NCBI GenBank assembly: GCA_000708835.1
Contig: DF236955.1
Coordinates: 248,001-312,000, forward strand
DNA length: 64,000 nt
Direction: 5' to 3'
Source: Klebsormidium nitens
Taxonomy: Eukaryota > Plantae > Klebsormidiophyceae
Numbering within the stretch: the stretch's first letter is position 1; each line of letters opens with the position of its first letter. The position numbers and the translations under genes were made by a program. The notes beneath the pieces are model-generated. The model worked only from the letters and a program-made list of their open reading frames with translations. It searched no databases and was not told the origin of the DNA. Shown piece by piece: positions 48,003 to 58,143 of the stretch.

Positions 48003-50104
48003 ATGAACAGTGACACAGATCGTTTGTGGTCTTGGGAGGAAGCGCGTGATTCGTGCCTGCAGCGGCTCCAGGAGGCTTGGGGTTATGGCAGCAGGGTCGC
48101 AAAACCCGGGATTCCATATGTGATCCAAGGAGCTGCAGCTGGAATCACCTTTGTGGGGGGGTTAGCTGGTATCCAGGTCAGCAGGGTTCATTTTGCAATG
48201 CCCTATCAGTAATGTAACCGTTGATGATTGACCTGTGCACCGCCAGATTTGATCTCCAAACATTTGTACCTTCGGTATGCTGGAAACTGATCGTATGCAA
48301 TTCTTAAAGAGGGCCATCTGCTTTGTTTGCAGGGGGTTGCATACGCTTGCAGAATTTCGTGCGCATCACCTCACATTGGTCCCTTGTTTGGCATGGTGGG
48401 GGTTGGACTGGCATCAGCAGCTGGCGGACAGGTATGTAAACACTCTGCTTTGCAAAACTTCGAAAGCATGCAGCGCGCAGCTTTTGTTGCAAAGAGTGTT
48501 CGGGATAAGGCTGGTCGCGATGTAGAGCGATCCACACAAGTCTGCTTAAATCCTGATTGTGATTGCAGGTGTCGAAGGCTGTTGGCCGGTGGCAGGCAGG
48601 GCTCGAGCCTTGGCCCCGAGAAGGTCTGGCAGCTATTAGAGGAGAGGAAGTGCTTTTGGATGCTGCGCTCGGCATCCTAGCGTACAAGGTGTGTCGTTTC
48701 CCAAGGACGGAGGAAGGACTCTTTTAGGCAAATGGCTTGTCTCTAAAGATGGAGTCACCGTTGGTTTTGTTTCAGCTTTTCAAGCCTCCACTGAACATTC
48801 TAAATCACCCTCAGGGGCAGAAAGGTTCTGGTTTGAAAATCTGACTTTGGTGCCATGACCTGACCTGGCTAAGTTCCCCTGTCTATCAGGCCCTGGGAGG
48901 CATGTTCAAGAACGTGAATCCAAGCGACCTCCGCTATCCTGGTTCATTTGCAAGAAGTTCAATAGCTGGTGAGTTTCCAGCATGCGCCTCATGCTTTTAC
49001 TCAGAAAGACTCGTAAGAAGTTGAACTTTGATTGTCCTACTTGGTGCTCTTAGTCGAAGCTGAGAGTAACATCTGCGGTGCGACGGCGTTTGTTGCCCAC
49101 TAAAATTCTGGCACAGTGTGCAGCCAACGGTGCCCAGTACAGCACCGTAAAGCAGCGGAAGGACATCGTTAGCCTCTTCCGACGGTATGGGTGCCATCAC
49201 TGTGGCAGGCGCACTGGAGAGTGGTGAGGAACACCAAAAGACCCCTCTCTTTCTCGAAGCCGGTCCCTGGTGTGTCACTCTGACCTCAAGGATGCCAAGC
49301 CTGGACACCATATTCTGGGGCAGAAAAGTAGTCGTCGAAGCAAGGGACAGAAATCTCTGATAATGAAGCGATGGACGGTTGAGTTGATAATATTCACGTG
49401 GACAGTTCCGAAGAGTGCGGCCACTCAGGCCCTCGTAAATCTGACACAAGTACATTCATTTGCAGTATTGGCGACCACATGCCACCAAACAAGTTTGTCT
49501 GGCCCGAAGGTACTCGTTCGAAGGTAGTGACTGCCAGTCAAAATGTTTTCGTGAAAGCGTTGAGACAGGTAACAAGACGAAAAGGTCCAGCCCGCACCAA
49601 CTCGGGGACGTTGAAGGCTGCAGAGCGGGTAGCCCAGCGCCTGTTCCCGCAGTGCACGAAATGTTCGGAGAAGCAGTCAGTCGCCGTCAAGCTCGGGAGG
49701 CAGGTTCTCGTTGTTCACAAGCGACTGGGCCTTCCTGAGGTGAGGGAATTAGCCGCCTTCCAGTCCTTTAGGTCTCGTTTTGCCTTGTTGGGACTGTTGC
49801 AAAATGTCCTTGTTCTTTGATGTTTTGACAGACTGGTCTGCTCCCGAAAGCTGCTTCTTCCCCTTTCGTTCTTGATTGCCATTTTCTCCTACTTTCTGGA
49901 GGCTTGACGAACCAGCCTTTGTCTTGCAGTCGTGCTATTACGCGGGCGTCTTTGCTGGACTTAGACACTATGTCGACCCCACGATCGAAAGACGGAGAGC
50001 TCATAAGACAGACGGACCCACTCGACACCACTAAAGCGGAGAGGATTGTCGGTGTCTGCCTGTCGTTGAGCATTCAAGGATGCCCAAAAAGTTTATTATA
50101 TTGA
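48003..50104 (+). CDS. Uncharacterised membrane-associated protein with an HNH-like (His-Me finger) domain resembling bacterial Rhs toxin C-termini; join(48003..48176,48333..48431,48569..48688,48890..48968,49124..49223,49466..49739, last exon uncertain from ~49832)
   Basis: Six exons join in perfect phase through GT-AG introns to give ...PSDLRYPGSFARSSIAANG...RRYGCHHCGRRTGECIGDHMPPNK...QRLFPQCTKCSEKQS. The N-terminal half has Gly/Ala-rich hydrophobic helices. Start Met and final exon are tentative. Confidence 0.8.
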
Positions 50105-51615
50105 AATGCTACACTACTGTAGCTTGCTGCGATTGAGCAAATTTTGCCATACGCTTGCTAAGACCATTGCGGACACATGCATCAGCTGCCAATCTAGCTC
50201 AAAGGCGTCTATGAGCAAATCTGACAATATGGAGACATGCTAGTGCAAGTCAGAGGCAATTTGTTGTCGAGGTGCACGGGCTGATTGCGCGCGCCCAAAT
50301 TAAGACTGTAACCATGCAGAATCGATTCATGAGCTCTTAATTTACAAGGAGATAGCACTCAAAAGTGGACATGCCCACGAATGACTCTCAGCCAGGCGCC
50401 AAGCATTATGTGAGTAAATAGCATATCGTGTGCTACTAGGCTGCACCGCAACATCCGTATCACGGCAGCAAGCTGGAGCCTCCACTTTCTTCTGCACTAG
50501 GTCGGATGCTCAGAATCTTAAGCCGCAGCCGCAACGTACATGCTACAGAGTGACGATCGATAGCTCCGTCGAGTTTTGTCGCATATGTAGCTGATTGCCC
50601 GTGTCCTTGCACATGCTATCCTATGTGCATGCCTGGCCAAAACGCCTTGCACATGCACTTCCGACTTTGCTCCGCATGCGAAACAGGCCCTGATGATCGG
50701 CATCTAGGATAAGTTTCCAAATCATTCAGATAATCCTGATCTGCAAAGAGCCTTTCTTCAATCGATCTGCACTTTTATAACGTACTTCAAAGTCCTGTGT
50801 GTTGAGGATAGTCTGTTCTCGATACCATCGAAGAAAGATAGTCAAGTGTGTGAACGTACATCCATGGTTGAATTACCAGTTCAGACTTCAAAACGTGCTG
50901 AATCTCAGCCAATCAGCTCCGAGTCACATATGATGTTGTCCAGTATTCAAGCAATGCCAAGTAGCAAACAAGTACAGAGATCACGCGAGTTTTGCATGCT
51001 TGCGACCTCAATATCACACTACTTGACGTCTTTCACACAAAATAATCGCTCATTCGACCCAGCACAGTGAAGTCCTCGATCGCGAAACAACTATTAGGCC
51101 CCAGTACTCGTGCTCCCCGTACAAATCTTGGCCGACGTTGGCGGAGATTTGAGGCTATGGTCTTGGCATGGTTACGAGATCCTCATTTGTCAAGGACCCA
51201 ATCAGCGCAAGGAGAACGTGACAGCTGGCGGCCATCTATCGAGGCGCGTGCCTTCGTTTTAACGGCTATACCCTATTCAAAACCTCCGACTGACTCTGCT
51301 GGCTGACATCAGGGCAGATTCCTAGGATCTTGGACCAGCCGAGTGTGACCCAGAGGCAGCAGACACAGAAGTCTGAAGATATTTAGTGAGGAACCATTGG
51401 TGCGAAATTGTAGTTTGGCATTCTGCGAAATGATTCTGAAGAAGCTCGTGAGGCTTGAGCGAGTCTTGGGCAGCCAGTGTTTGTAGCGCACTGAAGAGCA
51501 CAGAGACGCAACGGCTGTATGCCTCTGGCCTCAGCCTCAACACTGTCCTTAGGGCGAGGCGGTGTCGAAGGGACTTGCAGAAGACGAAGCTCAGTCATGA
51601 TGTGCCAGTGCACAT

Positions 51616-53631
51616 GTGATGGAAGATCCGCTGACTGCCAGCAACGACCACGATGCCAGTGAGCGCAGCCTTGATGCGGACGAGAACTCGCTGGTTTTTG
51701 AAAGCCTTGATGACAGAGGACATCAAGGAGAAGATGGCTTCCTGGCTTGGGATGAAGCCTTGGATGAAGACCAGGAGAACATCCCCGTGTTCTACGATCC
51801 TGGAGCGCCTGCAGAATCAAGCACAACCTTGATTACGTCAATCCGCAGCCCTTTTACGGAACAGCACAAGCAAGCTTGCCTTCCTGCCAGATTGCATTCT
51901 CACCAGGCGAGAAGCCCTATGGCACCAGCAAGAGAGCACATGGTGCCTTCGGACACAAGTGCCAATCTGCAAGCAAAGTTCAAGAAGTTCTTAGTACCGG
52001 ACCAGGAAGAGCCTCTGCCACGAGTTCCTACTCCGGAGGCAGACGTGGGGGAGTTGGGCATGTTCAGAGGCATACAACAATTTGAAGCGCTAGAACAACT
52101 TGCTGAAAAGCTGCGCACATCCACTATCACATGCAGGCGTTGGTGTGAGAAAGAGGCTTCCAGCGTCATCTCTGATGTGTGCTGCCTGCTTGAAGATAGG
52201 ATCGCAAAAGTTGCTGGAGAAACAAGTCGAGTCGATGGCGGCGAAAAATCTGCATCTTGCAACTTTTGTTCTCCTCCAAAGAGTCTGTTTCAAGAGGATT
52301 GTCTTAGACAGTCCCTTGTTCACCTGCTCGACCAAGCTCTCGAAGCAGACTCAGAAAGAATGAAAAGCTTGGCAGACGCCTCTGAAAAAGAATCTTGGGG
52401 TCTTGAAGATCAAGCGAAGCTTGCTTCAGCGTTGGGAAACTATGTGAGTCGGGGATGCTTTCCGCAGGATCCTGGCACCGAAAAAGGAGAGAGGCAAAAA
52501 CTGAGGGACGATAAGTCACAAGATCATGAAACCTTGAGGCCGCAGCATGCAGGAAAAAACAGTGGAAGCGGACATGGTGCTCAAATTGAGAGGGCCAAGA
52601 GCACTGACGTCATCAGCAGAGCTCCTCCCTCTGTTTGCATGCTTCCAAAGGAGGATGTTGACGACGAGCGTCAAACAGATTCACCAAGAGAACAATCTTC
52701 AAGGTTTGAGCTTGAATGCTCCTCGATCCACAAACCAGAGATCCAGCAAGGCGCTCCGCGACCAACAAGCGAATCGTTGGCCGCCTATCAGGTCGCATTT
52801 TTCAGGGCTAAGGGTGAATATCTGGCCTGGCAGCATATACGGGAGTGGGCGAAGTCCGACGTTGAGCAGATCTGGGCAAGAAAGCAGCTCTTCGAAGCAA
52901 AGGAACGCTTCCACTCCTTGCAGTCTGCGATGCTGAATCTGAGGCTTTCTAGGCAACAGGCAACGGAGCTTGAGTTGTCCCTCTGTCTGCAAATTGGGGT
53001 GAGCAGGAAAAGAACCCTCGAGACTATCCCTCATTTCTCCGGCGATCCTTTGGGTCCACTTCTGCGTGCGCTGGTCCGTCTTCGATGATGTTAACACTTG
53101 AGCATAGATCAAAAGCTGTTGGTTCCTTCCACTTGCGATTCCTTCCGCTCTTTAATCCCCATCTTTTCATAACACCAGGAAGACGCAAAGTTGCGCACGC
53201 TTCACTGGAAACTTTCTATTCAGACTGGTCGCAAAGATACTTCAGGATTTTCTTCATAGAACCACAGTGGTGGCAGCACGTTTAAAGTTTCAAACGATTT
53301 CATTTCGAAGAGGGCAATCGGTCGTCGTCGCAGTTTTCTTGAAACACTCTTTGATCGGTACACGCAGGTAGAAGATGGACTCGTCAGTCTCCGGTCCAGG
53401 AGACAGCGTTTGAGGGAGAGACTAAAGGCGACGCAGCCCATTCTGGAGACCTCGGCAGCGGGAAAGCTCGAAGAACGGGAAAACAACGATCTGCACACCA
53501 ATCAACATGATGTCTCCAGTGGGCAGGACCCGAGTCCTGCATCAGAAGTGCCCGACAATCTTCTCCACGACCTGACCGCTAGAATGGATCATATCTTCTG
53601 TGAAAAGAAGTTGCTGGGAGCAGGCTCATAA
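51616..53631 (+). CDS. Hypothetical protein, acidic N-terminus and C-terminal coiled coil; probably two exons (intron from ~52999 to ~53406)
   Basis: 490-codon ORF with a donor at QIG|gtgagc and an in-phase acceptor gacag|RLRERLK leading to the stop at 53631. No family motif recognised. Confidence 0.6.
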
Positions 53632-55073
53632 ATGATAGGTTTCAGAATCGGCAGGCGCCGATCTGCTCTGGTTGATCATATTCAGCTCAGAAAACTAGGT
53701 ACCAGGGCTGTCGAAGTCAGAAATCATTCAATAGATGCAAACCTCAAGAATTACAGTTCAAAAGTTGACCAGAATATAGACTCTGCGATTGGTAAACTAG
53801 CTGCTGATAACTGGCTACCAGGTATTTATTGCGACATGTTAGTGACGTGCTCAGTAGGGGTTTTGCAAAAGGAGTCTGGCAGGAGATCTCAATGACGTGT
53901 TTATGACAGGGGACCATCCGTGCGCCCCGCACACAACCAGCGCTAGGCCGGTTCATTGATTAAGAAGAAAACCAAGGCGCTTTCTGGCATGCCAAGGGGC
54001 ACCAAGACTCCCAAGATCAGAGGTTGATGCAGTCGTCTCTGGCCGCCGAGCTAGGGACTATTGCACACATGCGGCCTTCAATACGCGAACAGGCGAGGAT
54101 GAACAGCGAGCTCGTCCTTAACCGATGAGGTGCAAGTTTTGAAGAGCTGCATGGGGTATGTATGGACCTTACCGTCTCTCTGACAACAAGCGTGATCGAA
54201 ATGCTCTTACTGGAAGTCCTCATGCAAATCGATCCACGGGGTGACCGTTGCGCCATGGGGTGACCGACCGTCGCGGCATGATATCTATAGGGCTCAACCG
54301 ATGGGCCCATTCATTCAATTAGACGCCTGGGAAAAGCAAACGGTTAATCGATCGATGAAGTTATAGAAACCATATAGATACGGGCACGAGCTAGACTGTC
54401 AACGTCTCCATGTGAAGGAGGGGCCGCGCAGAGATCGAGGCTTTCCTAGCACGTAAGGTTCTTGGGAACGGACTAGCTTTCAATGAAGTCGACCATGAAG
54501 GATCAAGCCATACGTACGTACCGAAGTAACCATATATTTGGTATATATGTATCTGTAACGCTCTATGGCGTGGCTGCCGAAGCAGAGTGTATGACCGATT
54601 GGAGTTTGTCGGGTATTCGTACGTAGCTTTCTTAGATAGACTATGATTCCAGTGACATCAGCAGTACGTACATGATCCATTTGTACGGACGTAGCTGTGT
54701 TAGCATGAAGTGCTTGCTTCATAACATTCTTATATAAAAGTATGATTTCCACGTTGACCTCCATACGGACAATGTCCGGCCACTTGTCCCGGACGCCGTG
54801 GATGCGTGCTACCCTAATTCTTATGCTGATTCATATTACCTGCATGTTGCTGGGAAAGTTAGAGAACTTGTACATGTGGTCTGGCACACGGTCCTTCTTT
54901 GATCCCGCGCACCAATAAGGCATTCAACTCGATCTATCAACGACACATACTGTACAACAACAAAACCAGACACTGACTCGTCTTTCGGATCGAACCTCTT
55001 TACAAAGCCGCATACAGCGGAATCTCGCCCAATCCCTCATCCCCCCTTCCCCCCATATCTTCGTGTTCGAACT

Positions 55074-57094
55074 TCAGTGGTTGAAGGCTTTGTAGTGACA
55101 GGCTGGGCCAGCGAAGTGTATTTGTGGGAGCAGTCTCCTGGTTTCGTCGCGTAAGGGCAGGGCCTCCACTTCTTGTAGGACCTCCGGGGGAGCCTGGCCT
55201 GTGACGTACCTGCACCAATGACAAAATGGGGTATCAGGCCCTGAGACAGAGTAGTATCTACGCTCTCTTGCAAAAACAGCCAGCACTAGGAAGTGGTACA
55301 AGCATGAAGAGAGTCGTGATGGTCGTGCGATAGGAACCCGGACAACGGCCTGCCCACATGTGTAAGCACCTTTGTTTGAAGCGGATGAAACTTGAGCAGC
55401 CACTCAACCATGACGAACTCCCAACATCGTCCCATGGTGGGGTCTTGCCCCGAGTTTCTCATGGAAGATCGTAAAAACATCAAGGATCTTTCTCGTTTCG
55501 GAGTACGTGCTCTAGGTTTCGCAGCAAAGGTTCCAAGAAGCAAGTTTTGCACTATCTACGAGCAGGCACAAATGCCTTTGGAGAAAAATTGATTCTCACC
55601 CGTTCAGCTTGGCCGCTATTGGAGACGTGAGGATCTCCTTGTCCGACATTTTCAAGCTGGTAAGAAGAGGCTTGTGATCTCGTAGCCTGAGCGCATACTT
55701 TTGGTGGTAGTCCTCTGCGTTGTAAAAGGTGACAGCTGGCACAATCTGAGTGACTACCGGTTTGTTGAGGAGGGCTTCGTACTTCTTTTTAGCGGCCAGC
55801 GTGGCCTCTTTCTGCTCCTCCGAGTAATAAAAGACAGCAGACCGGTATTGGCTGCCGTAGTCGGGCCCCTGCAAACAAGAGAAGATCGAGGCTGATGAAA
55901 CCCGGCCCCGGCTTTACAGAGCAAAGACGAAGCAACGTGACTGATGATAAGGAAAACATGCGAAAACACTGTCTACGCTGCCAGGTATCTTCTTTCTGGG
56001 TGTCCTTTCAAACCGAAAAACAGCTCGAAGCTACTGCGTCCAGCATGACTGACATCGTCAGAAAGCTTCTGGCTTCTTCCCACGTCTTCATGAGGGCAGA
56101 AGACTGGAAGTCAGAATCTAAATCATATTGTCGCCCTGCACCCTTCAGGGTGCATCTTCTACCTAACAGTATCCTCGACGACCAAGACAAAAGAGTAGAG
56201 TATAAACATTGAAAGCTGATCGTTGCCAGGTGACAAAGCAGCAACAAACCAAAACAAGAAGAGCGCTACTCGTTTCCTTCAACTGACCTGTCTGTTGAGA
56301 GTTGTCGGATTATGATTCTCAAAAAAGACCTCCAGAAGCTGCTTGAACGAGACCTTGGAAGGGTCAAATGTCAGCAGCACAGCTTCCGCGTGCCCGGTGT
56401 CCTTGTAGCACACCTGCAGGCAATGAGAGCACTGCGTGAGCGACAAGACCACCAAACAAACGAGCGTTGTCTGTATAAAGAAGTTGCGGAGCGACGGCCT
56501 ACCCCACACTTAGCTGCTGCACCTGAACACGACCGGCGCCGCTCGATGCACTCGGAGATCTGCGGTTGGACCTATGACCTGACTGTAAGATAGGTAGCCA
56601 CAGAAGCAGTAGCATTGCTTTTCTGAGAATCGTAAAAGAGTCCAGACCTAGGATGTCGAGTGTTGGCCTCCACCTCAACGAGATGGGCCTAAGACGAATC
56701 TGAACCCGCAGCGTTAGTTTCGGCTTTACCTGCTTGTAGGTGGGATTCTCCACATGGCCTCCAGTGTACCCCACTGCTGTGGTGATCACTCCGGGTACAC
56801 ACGCCAGTGTGGTTTCTACCCCCCAAAAGCAGCCTGCAGAAAAGAAGCAGCATTGGAGACTGTGTTGTACTGAAGTGAACTCAACGTGAAATGCTCAACA
56901 CCACCCGTCAGAGAAGCCCTTCCTAAGGGCATTGTAGCTGCGCCTCAGAAAAGTTTGAATTGGAGGGCAGGATCGGCAAGGTGGAGAGTTTGCAAGGGAC
57001 CGGAACATTGTCAAGCTGCAAGCAGAAGGGGTGAGGAGGGCATACCTGCAGCAAAGCAAGCGGTCTCCACAGCATGGTCATTGGGAGCTGCCAT
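55074..57094 (-). CDS. MSRA: Peptide methionine sulfoxide reductase A with C-terminal helical extension; join(57094..57046,56833..56730,56413..56288,55868..55600,55209..55074)
   Basis: FAAGCFWG active site, [43 protein letters not shown] and AEDYHQKY. Exon phases are compatible. Confidence 0.96.
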
Positions 57095-57771
57095 TGTCTT
57101 TTGCTGTGCTTGACCAAAGAACTTGCGGAGACTCCTCAAGGACAAGGACGGCCTCTGATTTGGGACCCTCAGCTCGGGAGTGCTGATGAGATATCAACGT
57201 CCTAGAATGCTCCAAACCCTGCTTGCAGAAAGCTACTTGCAAGAAGCTAGCATACAATCAAGAACTGAAAATGTGAAGGGGAAATGCAAGGAATTGCAGG
57301 AACCTGCAGCAACTTATGTAGTCTTGAATTGCTCAATGCCTGCTGGGTGGCCCCAGGAGAGCTGGACACAAGAACTCAGATCTCGGCTACGCCATACCTA
57401 GGTCCAGGAACCTGCGCTGCCAAGCTGGGGAATCAACCAGGATCAACTCAGTCGAAACTTGGAAGTTCCGCGGCCCCGGGGTCTATGGCTGGGGAAGCTG
57501 CGTACGTTGCTTCCGCTGTCCTTCAAGGCTGGTACCTACTCGGGCACCCGCAGCGGATTCCGCCGGCGCAGGCGGATTTGCACTGAACTACGAGAAGCAC
57601 GCAACGATACCAAAACCGTCGAGTACCGACGTCAGATTCAGTGACTCCTACTCCGACAGTATAGGTATCTGCCATAAAACCGGCACGAGGATCAAACCGG
57701 TTTCCCAAGCAGGCCCCACTTCCGTTCCGGCGCAGAGAAAGCCAAGAATGACGGCCGGAGTATGATCTGTC

Positions 57772-57986
57772 CAGGGTTTCCCACAGCCGGCAAGAGAACC
57801 TGGACCTGGCCGGCCGAGACAGGACCCCGGCCGGTGCCGAAGGCACCCCGCTGGTTGGCCGGCAGGAAATGCACGCACTTGCTAGGTACAGCCGGCCGGT
57901 AAAGCGGATTACCGACTACCCAGCCGACAGAACCGGGGGGCCGCCGGCAGCTGGCCGGCCGGGACGAAAGTCCGTGGGAAACCCTG
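57772..57986. mobile_element. hAT-superfamily MITE (215 bp, non-autonomous)
   Basis: Perfect 13-bp TIR CAGGGTTTCCCAC (57772-57784) / GTGGGAAACCCTG (57974-57986). Perfect 8-bp TSD GATCTGTC (57764-57771 and 57987-57994). Eleven internal CCGG motifs. Confidence 0.92.
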
Positions 57987-58143
57987 GATCTGTCTGCAAA
58001 AAGTTGCCTGCAAAAGTGCATATGCATTGGCAAAAGTGCACTGCATTGCATGCATGCTCAAGCCTAGCCACAGGCATAGGATTACGAGTTGGAGCTTACC
58101 GGTAATACCCGTTTTTTGGCAGCGCTTGAAGAATGCGGAGCAG

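Noticed and set aside
54766-54778. Hairpin CGGACA-A-TGTCCG and TACGTA-rich segment (54480-54800) as a Helitron end or MITE
   Set aside because: No CTRR terminus at the expected distance on either strand, and no TIR/TSD pair found.
54900-55073. SECIS element in the MsrA 3' UTR
   Set aside because: The active-site codon is TGC, and no SECIS core or stem was seen.
8085-57094. Apparent proteostasis cluster (PA200, F-box, CCT1, MsrA)
   Set aside because: The genes are interspersed with unrelated ones in mixed orientations. Such functional classes are common, so co-occurrence in 50 kb is plausibly chance.
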